Positions 17,214 to 28,361 of a stretch of 64,000 nt of DNA are shown in pieces; positions within the stretch are counted from its first letter, which is position 1, and each line of letters opens with the position of its first letter. This stretch comes from Bacteroidia bacterium (lineage in GTDB: Bacteria > Bacteroidota > Bacteroidia > B-17B0 > Aurantibacillaceae). The notes below the pieces were generated by a model, which was not told the origin of the DNA, made no database searches, and was given only the letters and a program-made list of their open reading frames with translations. A program made the translations under genes and the position numbers. Where the stretch lies: the NCBI GenBank assembly GCA_016787895.1, contig JAEUTN010000005.1, positions 214,811 to 278,810 on the forward strand. The letters are read 5' to 3'.

Positions 17214-20111
17214 TCAGGCATTGGCTGGCTGGCCTGCTTCTTCCATGTACGCATCGATGGGAAGACAAGCGCATACCAGATTCCGGTCACCATAGGTGTT
17301 GTTCACCCGGTTTACTGTTGGCCAGAATTTACGGGCTACCACATAAGGGGCAGGAAATGCGGCTTTTTCCCTTGGATAGGTGTGATTCCAGGTATTGTTT
17401 GCTATTTCAATAGCGGTATGTGGCGCATTTTTAAGTACGTTGTCTTCTTTGTCTGCCTTTCCGGATTCCACTTCTGCGATTTCGGCATAAATCCCATGCA
17501 TAGCTTCTATAAAACGATCCAGTTCCTCTTTACTTTCACTTTCGGTAGGCTCTACCATGAGTGTTCCGGCAACGGGGAAGCTAAGGGTTGGAGCATGGAA
17601 ACCATAGTCCATAAGGCGCTTGGCAATATCTTCGGCTTCAATGCCTGCGGAGGTTTTGAATTTGCGGGTATCCAGAATCATTTCATGAGCTGCGTGTCCG
17701 TTTTCACCTTCAAACAGAATGGGATACACATCTTCCAGTTTGGCTTTCAGGTAATTTGCATTGAGAATTGCGTACTTGGTTGCATTGGTCAATCCGCGGC
17801 CACCCATCATTTTGATATAGGCATAGCTGATGAGCAAAATGCTTGCACTTCCAAATGGGGCTGCACTCACGGCATGCATGGCTTTTTCACCACCGGTTTT
17901 CACAATTGCGTGCCCGGGCAGGTAAGGCGCCAGATGTTTGGCAACTCCGATTGGACCCATACCTGGACCACCCCCACCATGCGGGATACAGAAAGTTTTG
18001 TGCAGATTCAGGTGGCATACGTCTGCACCTATCATGCCAGGGCTGGTAAGTCCTACCTGAGCATTCATGTTTGCTCCGTCCATATAGACCTGCCCTCCAA
18101 ATTCATGAATCAGGGCAGTGATTTCCTTTATATGGCCTTCGAAAACACCATGAGTACTTGGATAAGTTACCATCAGGCAGGCCAGATTGTCCCTGTGTTC
18201 TTCTGCTTTGGCACGGAGGTCGGCCAGGTCAATGTTCCCTCCTTCGTCGCAAGCAGTAACCACCACTTTCATACCCGCCATCACAGCACTTGCAGGATTG
18301 GTGCCATGGGCACTGCTTGGAATGAGGGCCACATTTCTGTGTCCTTCTCCCCTTGCTTTGAAATACTCACGGATGACCATGAGGCCTGCATATTCACCTT
18401 GTGAGCCCGCATTGGGTTGAAGGCTCATTTTATAGAAACCGGTTATTTCTGAAAGGTCTTTGTCCAGCTCGTCTATAATCTCCATATATCCCTGCACCTG
18501 ATCTGCCGGCACAAAAGGATGAATGTTGTTAAACTCAGGCCAGGTTACCGGTATCATTTCTGTGGTGGCGTTCAGTTTCATGGTGCAACTGCCCAGTGAA
18601 ATCATACTCTGGCAAAGGCTCAGATCTTTTGCTTCCAGTGATTTGATATAACGAAGCATCTCATGTTCACTCTGGTACGTATTGAATACCGGATGCAGCA
18701 TGAAGTTGCTTTTGCGCTGCAGGGGCTCCGGCCACTGCAATTCCATGGTTCCTGCGTGCGAATCCAGATTGATGGGATGAGAGTGATTGGCAGCTGTAAA
18801 TATGTTCAGCAGTTGCTGCACATCTGCCATGGTTGTGGTTTCATCAAAAGAAACCCCTACGAATTCGTCTTCGAAATATCGCAGATTGATACCTGCTTTG
18901 AGGCATTCCTGCTGCAGGGTATCTTTTGTATAACGGGCACGTATTTTCAGGGTATCGAAATACTGATTATGCACGATTTGATAACCAACGCTGGTAATTG
19001 ATTCGGCAAAGAGACGGGTAAGTGCATGCACACGGCCTGCAATATTCTTTAATCCCTCAGGCCCATGGTAAACGCCATACATACCGGCCATAATACTTAG
19101 GAGTACCTGGGCTGTGCAAATATTGGATGTGGCATTTTGCCGTTTGATGTGCTGCTCACGGGTTTGCAGTGCCATGCGCAGGGCGCGGTTACCGGCACGA
19201 TCTACAGAAACCCCTATGATGCGGCCCGGGATAAGACGCTTAAACTCGTCTTTTGTTGCAAAATAGGCCGCGTGTGGGCCACCGAAACCCATGGGTACAC
19301 CAAAGCGCTGGGTATTGCCCAAAACACAATCTGCACCAAAATCACCAGGAGGTGTAAGTAAGGTAAGTGCCAATAAATCTGCAGCAAAGCAGGTTTTCAC
19401 GTCAGCTGCTTTGCAGCGGGCCACAAAATCGCGGTAATCTTCTATACTTCCTTCATTATTGGGGTATTGCACCAAAGCACCGAAGAAAGTATTGTCCGGA
19501 GTAAAAGTAGCATAGTCGCCGAAAACAAGCTCTATTCCCACAGGTTCTGCCCGGGTAATAAGTACATCGATGGTTTGGGGGAATGTATTGTTGTCTACAA
19601 AAAAGCGGTTTGCCTCGGTCTTGCGGTGCACCCCATGAAACATGTGCATGGCTTCGGCAGCGGCGGTACCCTCATCCAGCAGAGAGGCGTTGGCCAGTTC
19701 CATGCCTGTGAGATCGATGATCATGGTCTGATAGTTGAGCAGCGCTTCAAGACGGCCCTGGCTGATTTCTGCCTGATAGGGTGTGTACTGGGTATACCAA
19801 CCCGGATTTTCCATGATATTTCTGAGGATTACCCCGGGCACAAAGGTTCCGTAATAACCCATACCTATATAATTCCTGAACACTTTGTTTCTGGATGCCT
19901 TGTTTTTCAGCATAGCCAGGAATTCCTGTTCACTAAGTCCTTCCCCGATGTTCAGGGATTGCGGCAGACGGATAGACGCAGGGATTGTGCGGTCTATCAG
20001 ATCGTCCAGTGAGTTTACACCTATGGCCGATAACATGGCCGGAAGGTCGTGGTTGCGGGGGCCGTTATGCCGGTCCTCGAATTTCTCGGTGTAGCGGGCA
20101 TTCAAATTCAT
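17214..20111 (-). CDS. gcvP: glycine dehydrogenase (decarboxylating), single-chain P protein
   Basis: This ~965-aa protein has the PLP-lysine region [19 protein letters not shown] and GcvP domains throughout. Start taken at MNLNARY, with an upstream ATG at 20123 also possible. Confidence 0.95.
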   Translation of the reverse strand: MNLNARYTEKFEDRHNGPRNHDLPAMLSAIGVNSLDDLIDRTIPASIRLPQSLNIGEGLSEQEFLAMLKNKASRNKVFRNYIGMGYYGTFVPGVILRNIMENPGWYTQYTPYQAEISQGRLEALLNYQTMIIDLTGMELANASLLDEGTAAAEAMHMFHGVHRKTEANRFFVDNNTFPQTIDVLITRAEPVGIELVFGDYATFTPDNTFFGALVQYPNNEGSIEDYRDFVARCKAADVKTCFAADLLALTLLTPPGDFGADCVLGNTQRFGVPMGFGGPHAAYFATKDEFKRLIPGRIIGVSVDRAGNRALRMALQTREQHIKRQNATSNICTAQVLLSIMAGMYGVYHGPEGLKNIAGRVHALTRLFAESITSVGYQIVHNQYFDTLKIRARYTKDTLQQECLKAGINLRYFEDEFVGVSFDETTTMADVQQLLNIFTAANHSHPINLDSHAGTMELQWPEPLQRKSNFMLHPVFNTYQSEHEMLRYIKSLEAKDLSLCQSMISLGSCTMKLNATTEMIPVTWPEFNNIHPFVPADQVQGYMEIIDELDKDLSEITGFYKMSLQPNAGSQGEYAGLMVIREYFKARGEGHRNVALIPSSAHGTNPASAVMAGMKVVVTACDEGGNIDLADLRAKAEEHRDNLACLMVTYPSTHGVFEGHIKEITALIHEFGGQVYMDGANMNAQVGLTSPGMIGADVCHLNLHKTFCIPHGGGGPGMGPIGVAKHLAPYLPGHAIVKTGGEKAMHAVSAAPFGSASILLISYAYIKMMGGRGLTNATKYAILNANYLKAKLEDVYPILFEGENGHAAHEMILDTRKFKTSAGIEAEDIAKRLMDYGFHAPTLSFPVAGTLMVEPTESESKEELDRFIEAMHGIYAEIAEVESGKADKEDNVLKNAPHTAIEIANNTWNHTYPREKAAFPAPYVVARKFWPTVNRVNNTYGDRNLVCACLPIDAYMEEAGQPANA

Positions 20112-20187
20112 AAGGGAATGCAAAGTTAGTTATTCCCACACAGAATTTGAAGGCAGAAAGCGACAATACTAACAAGTGTTAGCAAGA

Positions 20188-20901
20188 TTACATCAATCCT
20201 TCTTCGCTAAAGCTGAAGTAGCCCTGTGATGCGATAATGAGATGATCGTGAACGGTAATGTCGAGCACATTGCCGGCCTGCACCAGTTTGCGCGTAAGTC
20301 CTTTGTCCAGTTCCGAGGGTTTGGGCACACCGGAGGGGTGGTTGTGTCCCAGGATGATTCCTCTTGCATTGAGCAGCACTGCCATTTTAAATATGGGCCC
20401 GGGATCTACGACTGTAGATGAAATTCCGCCTTCACTCAACTTAGAGACCTGAAGTATCTGGTTTGTTGTATTCAGGAAAATCACCCAAAATTGTTCCACA
20501 GTGAGATCCTCCATCTTGCTCCGGAAAATGGCTTGCGCCTCGCGGTAGCTGGTGATTTTTTCACGGACCTCAGAGGCCAGTTTCCGGCGGGCGCCCAATT
20601 CTATTGCAGCGAGAATAGTGATGGCCTTTGCCATGCCCACACCCTGAACCTCCTGAAGTTCCAGTGGGGTCATCCGCGCCAGACTGACAAGATTGTTGCC
20701 GGTTTTATGCAAAATATCTCTGGCAAGGTCTACGGCAGATCTGGTTACCCAGTTACCAAGTTTGTCCATATATCTGGAACCGGTCCCGAGTAAAATGGCA
20801 AGCAATTCAGCATCACTGAGTGCATTTCTCCCTTTGAGCAGCAGCTTTTCGCGGGGCCTGTCGTCTTCATTCCATTGCGTAATAGGCAGATATCCTTCCA
20901 T
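20188..20901 (-). CDS. radC: RadC-family JAB-domain protein
   Basis: It begins MEGYLPITQWNEDDRPREKLL..GRNALSDAELLAILLGTGS and has a JAMM motif, ILGHNHPSG. Confidence 0.85.
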   Translation of the reverse strand: MEGYLPITQWNEDDRPREKLLLKGRNALSDAELLAILLGTGSRYMDKLGNWVTRSAVDLARDILHKTGNNLVSLARMTPLELQEVQGVGMAKAITILAAIELGARRKLASEVREKITSYREAQAIFRSKMEDLTVEQFWVIFLNTTNQILQVSKLSEGGISSTVVDPGPIFKMAVLLNARGIILGHNHPSGVPKPSELDKGLTRKLVQAGNVLDITVHDHLIIASQGYFSFSEEGLM

Positions 20902-21014
20902 AATTTTGATAAATAATTTGTCAACACGTTGCAAATATATTGGACATTTGGTTTTTATTTGCAAGTACAAAATCAAAAACAACCATCAAACACATTGTAA
21001 GAAAGGAACCTGTT

Positions 21015-22049
21015 ATGAGTGAGCAAAACGAAAAACTGAAAGCCCTGAAACAAACCATCGAAAGACTGGAAAAGAGCTATGGCAAAGGCGTGGTGATGAA
21101 AATGGACGACACCCGCGCGGTGAATGTGGATGTGATTTCCACCGGTTCATTCGGGTTAGACCTGGCTCTGGGCGTAGGAGGATTTCCCAAAGGCCGCATT
21201 ATAGAAATATACGGACCGGAGAGCAGCGGTAAAACCACAATTGCCCTGCACACCATTGCTCAGGCACAGAAAAAAGGAGGCATATGCGCATTTATCGATG
21301 CGGAGCATGCATTTGATAAGTTTTATGCCGAAAAACTGGGTATTGATACCAGTAACCTCCTTATATCCCAACCCGACGACGGAGAGCAAGCCCTGGAAAT
21401 TACGGACAATCTGATTCGATCCGGTGCCATTGATGTGATTGTGATAGACTCAGTAGCAGCCCTGGTGCCCAGAGCAGAAATTGAAGGTGATATGGGTGAG
21501 AGCAAAGTGGGATTGCACGCAAGATTGATGAGTCAGGCTTTGCGAAAGCTTACCGGAACAATCAGCAAAACGGGTTGTATTGCCATCTTCATCAACCAGC
21601 TGCGCGAAAAAATCGGTGTCATGTTTGGCAATCCGGAAACAACCACCGGTGGTAATGCTTTAAAATTCTATGCTTCTATACGTTTGGACATTCGCCGGAT
21701 AGGGCAGATAAAAGACGGAGAGGATATTATCGGCAACCGTACCAAGGTGAAAATTGCCAAGAACAAGGTAGCGCCGCCATTCCGGGTTGTGGAATTTGAC
21801 ATCATGTACGGCCGTGGTATCAGTCGTGTGGGTGAGGTTCTGGACCTGGGTGTGGATGCCGGAATTGTGCAGAAAAGTGGCAGCTGGTTTAGCTATGAAG
21901 GCACTAAACTGGGACAGGGCCGCGATTCGGTAAAGGAACTACTGGAAGACAATCCGGAACTCCTTGCTGAAATTGAAAAGAAAATCAAGGCCAAAAGTGC
22001 AGCAGGCGAAGAGATTCTCGCAGTGCAGCCTGGTGAAGCTTCTGAATAA
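21015..22049 (+). CDS. recA: recombinase RecA
   Basis: It contains [14 protein letters not shown], a Walker A motif, FIDAEHA and [10 protein letters not shown]. Start at [11 protein letters not shown]. Confidence 0.97.
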   Translation: MSEQNEKLKALKQTIERLEKSYGKGVVMKMDDTRAVNVDVISTGSFGLDLALGVGGFPKGRIIEIYGPESSGKTTIALHTIAQAQKKGGICAFIDAEHAFDKFYAEKLGIDTSNLLISQPDDGEQALEITDNLIRSGAIDVIVIDSVAALVPRAEIEGDMGESKVGLHARLMSQALRKLTGTISKTGCIAIFINQLREKIGVMFGNPETTTGGNALKFYASIRLDIRRIGQIKDGEDIIGNRTKVKIAKNKVAPPFRVVEFDIMYGRGISRVGEVLDLGVDAGIVQKSGSWFSYEGTKLGQGRDSVKELLEDNPELLAEIEKKIKAKSAAGEEILAVQPGEASE

Positions 22050-22142
22050 TTCTCAGTCAATCACATTCAGTGCATGGATTTAAGATAAACAGGTATTCTT
22101 AAGAATATCCTGCCAAAGAAACAGTGGCATGTTTCTGAAGTG

Positions 22143-22177
22143 AAAGACCCGGAAAACCTCCGGGTCTTTTTATTTTT
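22143..22177 (+). terminator. intrinsic terminator after recA
   Basis: AAAGACCCGGA-AAACC-TCCGGGTCTTT is an 11-bp stem followed by TTATTTTT. Confidence 0.75.
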
Positions 22178-22187
22178 GCGCCATACA

Positions 22188-22946
22188 ATGCGTTTCATTT
22201 TACTATCCCTTGCCTTTCTGACATTCTCCATTTTGCCTGCACAGGTTGGTTACCCTATGCCCAGAAAAGGCTGGGACAATTTCAAATTATCCATCCTCAC
22301 GGCAAATCCGGTTCTGGATTCTTTGCTGAATAAAACCGGAATTTTCATTTGCAGTTACCGCATGCAAACCGACAAAAGGGGCAATGTAACAGGTTTGAAA
22401 CTGACAGACAGAACACCCATCGGAGGATCACTCAGCAGAATCATCAGCGACAGCATTCGCAGGAAACAATGGATAATAGCTGCTGGTAAGAAAAAACAGG
22501 AAGGGGTTTCGGATATCACAGTGGTTTACACCAGAGAACATCAACCATTGGGCCCGAACAATAAAGACAGCATGTATCAGACCAACCCCGGCCGGGTTTC
22601 TGTCATTCCGGTGGATGAAGACAATGCGGATACAGAGATTCCCGATTCAGAAGCCCATTTCCCGGGTGGTGAGCAGAAATTCATAGACTTCATCTTAAGC
22701 GAATTTGAGTATCCGAAGCGATGCATGCAGAAAAAAATCAGTGGCTATGTGATGGTGAAATTCGTAATCAATCGGGATGGAAAGGTTAAAGTGATGGACA
22801 TTAAGAACGAATCAGAAAACTGTCCTGAATTTGGAACTGAGGCAAAGCGGGCCGTTGAATCGTCACCCAGATGGATACCGGGAGTAAGAGACGGCAAATA
22901 TATCAGGGCCTGGCGTCAGGTGCCTATCAAAGTGGACATCAATTAG
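22188..22946 (+). CDS. TonB C-terminal-domain protein
   Basis: The signal peptide is MRFILLSLAFLTFSILPAQ. The C-terminal segment AHFPGGEQKFIDFI...ISGYVMVKFVINRDGKV...SPRWIPGVRDGK..R is a TonB_C fold. The start is placed after the recA terminator. Confidence 0.7.
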   Translation: MRFILLSLAFLTFSILPAQVGYPMPRKGWDNFKLSILTANPVLDSLLNKTGIFICSYRMQTDKRGNVTGLKLTDRTPIGGSLSRIISDSIRRKQWIIAAGKKKQEGVSDITVVYTREHQPLGPNNKDSMYQTNPGRVSVIPVDEDNADTEIPDSEAHFPGGEQKFIDFILSEFEYPKRCMQKKISGYVMVKFVINRDGKVKVMDIKNESENCPEFGTEAKRAVESSPRWIPGVRDGKYIRAWRQVPIKVDIN

Positions 22947-23334
22947 ATGGCTTTCGAAACCGGTCGCGGTACATCACCGGATATACCACATACAACATCA
23001 GCATGCGGCTGTATCTGAAAATAAGTGGCAGGCCGAGAATAAGAACCACAGGAATCGCCCATATGGCATGTTCGAAAATGCCAAATACTGAAAAAGCGAT
23101 GGACATACTCACAATGGTTGCTACGATAATCGCGTAGCTCCAATACATAGCCCCGAAGAAGAAACCCGGCTCTGGTTGATAAGTCAGGCCGCAATGGGTG
23201 CAGGCTTCACGGGTTTTAGCAAATTTTGTCGGGCTGAAAATTGAGTTGCTGAAGACTTTGTCTCTCCCACAGCGTGGACATTTGCAGGCCCAAAAACTAA
23301 AAAGACGGGGACGAGGATGCCTGTAATCAGGCAT
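22939..23334 (-). CDS. DUF983-like zinc-ribbon membrane protein
   Basis: CPRCGRDKVF...CTHCGLTY (two CxxC pairs) is followed by two helices. Start at MPDYRHPRPR, with an 8-nt overlap with the upstream small ORF. Confidence 0.65.
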   Translation of the reverse strand: MPDYRHPRPRLFSFWACKCPRCGRDKVFSNSIFSPTKFAKTREACTHCGLTYQPEPGFFFGAMYWSYAIIVATIVSMSIAFSVFGIFEHAIWAIPVVLILGLPLIFRYSRMLMLYVVYPVMYRDRFRKPSN

Positions 23335-23569
23335 TTTTACGCTTTTTCTGATACCTGTACCAAACCAAACCAGCGGTACCTGCCAGCAGGTAAGGGGCGG
23401 AAAGCAGAAACAAAATTCCTTTGTTGATGCCATTGCCTACCATGCGCTTTTTCGACTTATTGGCGTTACTGGTCAGTGCGGTTTTACACATTGGGCATTG
23501 CGCCGAAACAGCAGGAATGACCATAATGGAGGTCATTGCCAAAAGTGCAAGAATTGCAGCCTTCTTCAT
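23327..23569 (-). CDS. small CxxC membrane-anchored protein (unknown function)
   Basis: This 80-aa ORF has a signal peptide ...IPAVSA then QCPMCK, and a C-terminal helix plus a KKRK tail. It lies 1 nt downstream of the DUF420 gene and overlaps DUF983. Confidence 0.45.
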   Translation of the reverse strand: MKKAAILALLAMTSIMVIPAVSAQCPMCKTALTSNANKSKKRMVGNGINKGILFLLSAPYLLAGTAGLVWYRYQKKRKNA

Positions 23570-23570
23570 T

Positions 23571-24125
23571 TCAGAATGAATAATAGGGCGAAATTAATAC
23601 ATAAACCAGAACTCCGGTGACAGAGACATATAACCAGACAGGAAATGTCCATCGGGCAAGCTTCTTGTGCTTATCCAGCCTGCCGGTGGTACTGAAATAA
23701 ATGGTATACAGCACAAGTGGAAGAATGCAGGCGGCCAGGACGATATGTGTAAGCAACACGGCAAAATAAAAATACCGGATTACCCCTTGTCCACCAAAAG
23801 GCGTATGTGGCATAATCATGTGATATACCACATAGCTGATTAAAAATACGGCGGAAAGTGCAAAGGCCGTGAGCATGAATGCCTGGTGAATCTGTTTTTG
23901 CTTTTTTACACGGATGAAATAGTACCCGGCAACGAGGGCAACCGAAACCAAAGAATTCAGTACCGCATTTGCAAATGGCAACAGTGATGCAAAGTGGGCA
24001 TTGGGCCGCATTTCTGCCGGTAAAAACCTGAGTGTGATTACCACTGCTGGAACTGCAAGAGAAATTCCCACAACCAGGCTAAAGAAATTGCGGTCGCTAA
24101 TCCAGCTTTTCTTTTCGGTACTCAT
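23571..24125 (-). CDS. DUF420 (CtaM-like) membrane protein
   Basis: It is 184 aa with 4-5 helices. Its position directly after SCO in an oxidase cluster is typical of DUF420. Confidence 0.65.
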   Translation of the reverse strand: MSTEKKSWISDRNFFSLVVGISLAVPAVVITLRFLPAEMRPNAHFASLLPFANAVLNSLVSVALVAGYYFIRVKKQKQIHQAFMLTAFALSAVFLISYVVYHMIMPHTPFGGQGVIRYFYFAVLLTHIVLAACILPLVLYTIYFSTTGRLDKHKKLARWTFPVWLYVSVTGVLVYVLISPYYSF

Positions 24126-24771
24126 AAAGAAGGTTGTTTAAATCATCATCGATGCGTTTGTAAGCCTTGTATTTTTCGGTCATGCTGTTACCCCTTGTAG
24201 GCAATATTGCCCGAATGTGCCGGTTTCTGTCAATCAATACAATTTTGTCATCGTGAATAAAATCGGCGTTCTTCTGTTCATTGGCCAGCAGTAAATCATG
24301 ATGCACCCAGTCGTAAATTTCAGATTTGCTTCCGGTACACATCTGCCATTTCAGGCTATCGGCATTAAAACGTTGTGCGTACTTTTTCAGCACAGGTACA
24401 GAATCGGTAATCGGATCAATCGATATACTCACAAAGCGCACTTTGGGAAACTTACGAAATTGCCCGGCTACGGTTTGCACCTGATTGTTCATTTCGGGGC
24501 AAACATTTTCGCAGGTGGCAAAAAAGATGTTCGCTACAATGATATCGGCATCCAGATCTTTGAGATGAAATGTTTTGCCGTTTTGGTCGGTGAGAACAAT
24601 ATCACCTACAGTATGGTGAATGGTTTTGCCATTGGATCCCGGACTATCTTCGCCTATGTACGGCAATTCTTTATGTACCCATTGTGCACGGCCAAAAATA
24701 AAAATCCCGGCAATGGGTAAAATAACAAGGGCCGCTATTGCGGCCACTTTTACTATCCTGTTTGCAGGCAT
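24097..24771 (-). CDS. SCO1/SenC copper chaperone
   Basis: It has an N-terminal anchor and a thioredoxin-like fold with FFATCENVCP, the CxxxC copper site. Confidence 0.8.
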   Translation of the reverse strand: MPANRIVKVAAIAALVILPIAGIFIFGRAQWVHKELPYIGEDSPGSNGKTIHHTVGDIVLTDQNGKTFHLKDLDADIIVANIFFATCENVCPEMNNQVQTVAGQFRKFPKVRFVSISIDPITDSVPVLKKYAQRFNADSLKWQMCTGSKSEIYDWVHHDLLLANEQKNADFIHDDKIVLIDRNRHIRAILPTRGNSMTEKYKAYKRIDDDLNNLLYEYRKEKLD

Positions 24772-24775
24772 GGTT

Positions 24776-25114
24776 TTATTTCACATAGGTGAGGGCATGG
24801 CCTTCATACAGCAAGCCCATTATCAAGCCTATGATAAATACGGTTGGTACAAGAATAACCAGAGCCAGATTTATCTTTTCACTCTTCATGTGCATAAAGG
24901 CTCCCACTATGTAGTATGCCTTTACAAGACCAAAGAATATGAAAATGATGTTCTTAAACATGCTCGGACTCATGGCAAAGTAGATACCGAAATCGAGAAC
25001 GGTAATGCCCAGCAAAATCCAGAAGGTTCTCCAGAGTTCCTTAGTACCGTGACTTTCGGTATGAGGAATGTAGTTGATTGCGTCGTAATCTCCGGGTTTG
25101 GTATAGAATTCCAT
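24776..25114 (-). CDS. cytochrome c oxidase subunit IV-like protein
   Basis: This 112-aa protein has three helices and sits immediately downstream of subunit III. Start at MEFYTKPGDY. Confidence 0.6.
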   Translation of the reverse strand: MEFYTKPGDYDAINYIPHTESHGTKELWRTFWILLGITVLDFGIYFAMSPSMFKNIIFIFFGLVKAYYIVGAFMHMKSEKINLALVILVPTVFIIGLIMGLLYEGHALTYVK

Positions 25115-25130
25115 AGGATGTTGTACTAAA

Positions 25131-25895
25131 TCAGATGAGGTAAAAGAATGTAAACACAAATACCCATACAAGGTCTACAAAGTGCCAGTAGAGTCCTGCT
25201 TTTTCAATCATTTCATAGTGGCCACGGCGTTCGAAAACACCACGACGGGTCATGATGTAAACAATCACATTGATAACCACTCCACTGAAAACGTGAAAAC
25301 CATGGAAACCGGTTACAATAAAGAACAATGCAGCAAAAGGCACCGGGCCAAAGGTGCGGTCACCCGCAGCCCATTCAAAATGCTGACCAAATTTTACACT
25401 GTGCAGGTGCTTATATCCTTGTTCTGTAATTCCAAAGAAATTGTGATTCAATCTGGCACCCTCGTGAATAAAGGTAGCCCATTCCCAGGCCTGACAGCTG
25501 AGGAAAGCGATACCACCCAGAATGGTGTATATCATGTACCGGGCCACTTCCTTTTTCGCCTTGCGGTGTCCTGCTTCAACGGCCAGTACCATGGTCACAG
25601 AACTAAGGATAAGGATAAAAGTCATTACTGACACGAAGAGCAATGGAAGGTGAATGCCGTGAAGACCGGGAAAGTGGTTGAAGATGGAGGCTGGATCGGG
25701 CCATTTGGTGGTTACCGGGGTTACAACGTTACTGAAACGCTGTGCGCCATACTGAACCAGCAGGCTGCTAAACGTGAATGCATCCGATAAGAGGAAAATC
25801 CACATCATCAGTTTGCCATAACTCACATTGAACGGGGATCTTCCACCCGCCCACATGGGTTGCTGTTCGAAAGCTGCTTCGGAATGATTAGCCAT
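25131..25895 (-). CDS. ctaE: cytochrome c oxidase subunit III
   Basis: This 254-aa polytopic protein ends WHFVDLVWVFVFTFFYLI, the subunit III C-terminal signature. Confidence 0.85.
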   Translation of the reverse strand: MANHSEAAFEQQPMWAGGRSPFNVSYGKLMMWIFLLSDAFTFSSLLVQYGAQRFSNVVTPVTTKWPDPASIFNHFPGLHGIHLPLLFVSVMTFILILSSVTMVLAVEAGHRKAKKEVARYMIYTILGGIAFLSCQAWEWATFIHEGARLNHNFFGITEQGYKHLHSVKFGQHFEWAAGDRTFGPVPFAALFFIVTGFHGFHVFSGVVINVIVYIMTRRGVFERRGHYEMIEKAGLYWHFVDLVWVFVFTFFYLI

Positions 25896-25904
25896 GGATA
25901 AAAA

Positions 25905-26513
25905 TTACCCTGCGAAATAAAGGAATAAATACAAATAAATCCAGAGTAGGCCTACAAAATGCCAATAAGTATGTGAGATACTCATCAATGTCATATCCTT
26001 TTTATGTACCCTGAACTGAAAAGCCCGCACCAGGGTAACAGTAAGAAGAATCAGGCCCCCCAACACATGCAGCACGTGCACGGCTGTAATAACCCATACA
26101 TATGAAGCTGAAATATCCTCTGATTTTGCATTGACAAATGCCAGCCCCATAGCCAAAAGTTGTTTCCAACCAAGGTACTGAAACACACAAAAAACGAGTC
26201 CAAGGGCAAGAGTGATGGCCAGAAAAAGTCTGTTTTGAGCCAGTTCATCCTGTTTGGCTGCCCTGAATGCGAGAAAAATGGTACCACTGCTAACGATGGC
26301 TGTTAAGACCGAAAACAGAAAATAAACAGGAAGATCAAAGGCTGTCCATAGCTGCTTTGCCTCGGCATCAGGCTTGTGTACGACATATGCACTTACAATG
26401 GCTGCAAACAGCATACAACTGGCTATCATCATAAGCCATAAATTGAACCTGGCAGGGGCTATTCTGTAATTTTCCCTGTTGGTCTTCATAGGAATTTTAG
26501 TGACTTGTTTCAT
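25905..26513 (-). CDS. cytochrome c oxidase subunit III-family protein (second copy)
   Basis: It is 202 aa and ends YWHFVGLLWIYLYLFLYF. Confidence 0.75.
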   Translation of the reverse strand: MKQVTKIPMKTNRENYRIAPARFNLWLMMIASCMLFAAIVSAYVVHKPDAEAKQLWTAFDLPVYFLFSVLTAIVSSGTIFLAFRAAKQDELAQNRLFLAITLALGLVFCVFQYLGWKQLLAMGLAFVNAKSEDISASYVWVITAVHVLHVLGGLILLTVTLVRAFQFRVHKKDMTLMSISHTYWHFVGLLWIYLYLFLYFAG

Positions 26514-26519
26514 CTTCTT

Positions 26520-27395
26520 TTAAAACAGGATATAGGTGAGAAATACCAGCGGTGTATACGCCAGTGATGTATATAACAATTTTTTTGCCTCGCGGATTTC
26601 AAGAGTTTTAAATAAACGGAATGCACGCCAGATGATAAACAAACCCAATGGCAGCAGCAATGCCAGACCCAGGGTGGATACATGGTGATAATAAACCGGC
26701 ATCAGACTGATAAGAACCAACAATACGGTATAAATCAAAATCTGATAGGCGCTTTTCTTGTCGCGTCCGCCACCTGAAGGCAGCAGCCAGTAGCCGGCTT
26801 TCTGATAATCGTCGTGCAGTAGCCATGCTATGGCCCAAAAGTGGGGAAACTGCCAGAAAAACTGAACCAGAAAAAGAATCATACCGGGTTCATTGATTCT
26901 GCCGGTAAGTGCCGTGTAGCCAATGAGTGGTGGCAATGCTCCGGGAACTGCACCCACCATCACGGCCAGTGGACTCATCCCCTTCATGGGTGTATAAACA
27001 AATACATAAAGGCCGAATGATACGATACCCAGCAGTGTACTGGTAAAATTGGTGGTAAATGCCAGAAGCATAACCCCAAGGGCAAAGCAGGCCCAACTGA
27101 AAATACGAGCATGGGCAGCAGGAATATCTCCTGCCACAACCGGACGCTGATTGGTCCGCTGCATCTTCCCGTCATTGTCTCTTTCAATGAGTTGATTCAG
27201 TCCGTTACTGGCAAAAACAATGAACAGACCACCCAGTAAAACACCTGCAAATTGCTTCCACTGGAAAGCCATGGTCCAGATTTCCGGTTCATTGATTTTA
27301 CAGGCCAGTATATATCCAAAGGCAGAAGTAGCCACAACACTCACTGTGAGCCGCAGTTTTACCAGTTGAATATATGATTTTACAGTACTGTTCAT
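26520..27395 (-). CDS. ctaB: protoheme IX farnesyltransferase (heme O synthase)
   Basis: NQLIERDNDGKMQRTNQRPV is the UbiA-family Asp-rich motif. The protein has ~9 helices. Confidence 0.9.
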   Translation of the reverse strand: MNSTVKSYIQLVKLRLTVSVVATSAFGYILACKINEPEIWTMAFQWKQFAGVLLGGLFIVFASNGLNQLIERDNDGKMQRTNQRPVVAGDIPAAHARIFSWACFALGVMLLAFTTNFTSTLLGIVSFGLYVFVYTPMKGMSPLAVMVGAVPGALPPLIGYTALTGRINEPGMILFLVQFFWQFPHFWAIAWLLHDDYQKAGYWLLPSGGGRDKKSAYQILIYTVLLVLISLMPVYYHHVSTLGLALLLPLGLFIIWRAFRLFKTLEIREAKKLLYTSLAYTPLVFLTYILF

Positions 27396-28318
27396 CAGAC
27401 CTGTGAGGTGTTTATGGAAGATGGTTTCGAAATGTGAATATAAAAGAGGTAAAGGGGCAAAAAACTACCCAGAACAATATGAATGACCTGCGACCATGCC
27501 GGCAAAACATACACTATGTTCACTGCACCCAATGCAATCTGAAACAAACACAGCAAAGACAGTATGGCAAATGCTTTTGAGGCCATCCTGTCAGCAGCGC
27601 GCCGTGAAAGGTAAATTCCCAACAATGACAGTATCCATACCAGGCCCGGAAGCAGTCTGTGCAGAGTAAACTTCAGGCCCATACTTTGGTAGGGCAACAT
27701 GCCGTTCTGCACATTAGAATCCAGATTACCCAGTCCTTCCACGGTTTCACGTGCAAAGGTACCCAGTATAACCTCCACCAGAACGAGAATAAACAACAAG
27801 ACCCACAATGGCTTCAGAGTAGTGGACTGAAAACGGAAGGGTTTGTGGGAGCCCAGCGCAAGCATGCCGAAGAACAGGCATAAAAATGAAAACAAAAAAT
27901 GCACCGTAACAAGACCCGGAAGTAAATTGGTTGCGACCACGATGCTCCCCAACCATGCGTTGAAAAGAAGCATCACAAAGGATAACAAGACATATAAGAG
28001 GATTCTGCTCCGCCCGAACTGTAATGAAGAAATCAGAAACAGCAAAGAGAATAATCCTGCAAGGACTCCAAACAACCGGTTGATGTACTCGGTCCAGGCT
28101 TTGTATATGTTAAATTCTTCAGGAACCAGAATAGCCTGATTGTTTCGGATTTCAGATGCCTTTTTGTGCATACCGATTTTATCCAGAGTACTGGCAAACC
28201 GCTGCACTTTAGCCACTCTTTTCTTAAGAAACATCTCCTGGTAATTATCAGGCAATTGGCATGGGCAGGTTGGCGGAGCCCAAAGTCCAAAACACTTTGG
28301 CCAATCGGGGCAACCCAT
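27395..28318 (-). CDS. ctaA: heme A synthase (COX15/CtaA); minimal extent from first ATG, true N-terminus probably further upstream
   Basis: The ORF begins MGCPDWPKCFG, which in CtaA normally follows TM1 and VR.TGSG. The in-frame upstream sequence encodes ...GILACSSVFFLLFLLGGLVRVTGSG but has no ATG/GTG/TTG. See finding. Confidence 0.8.
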   Translation of the reverse strand: MGCPDWPKCFGLWAPPTCPCQLPDNYQEMFLKKRVAKVQRFASTLDKIGMHKKASEIRNNQAILVPEEFNIYKAWTEYINRLFGVLAGLFSLLFLISSLQFGRSRILLYVLLSFVMLLFNAWLGSIVVATNLLPGLVTVHFLFSFLCLFFGMLALGSHKPFRFQSTTLKPLWVLLFILVLVEVILGTFARETVEGLGNLDSNVQNGMLPYQSMGLKFTLHRLLPGLVWILSLLGIYLSRRAADRMASKAFAILSLLCLFQIALGAVNIVYVLPAWSQVIHIVLGSFLPLYLFYIHISKPSSINTSQV

Positions 28319-28361
28319 ACCACTGCCGGTAACCCTAACAAGACCACCCAGCAGAAACAGT

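Noticed and set aside
17139-18404. 421-aa ORF on the plus strand (and several others at 18663-20094)
   Set aside because: It lies entirely antisense to gcvP, whose identity is unambiguous. The translation is Cys/His/Phe-rich nonsense typical of shadow ORFs.
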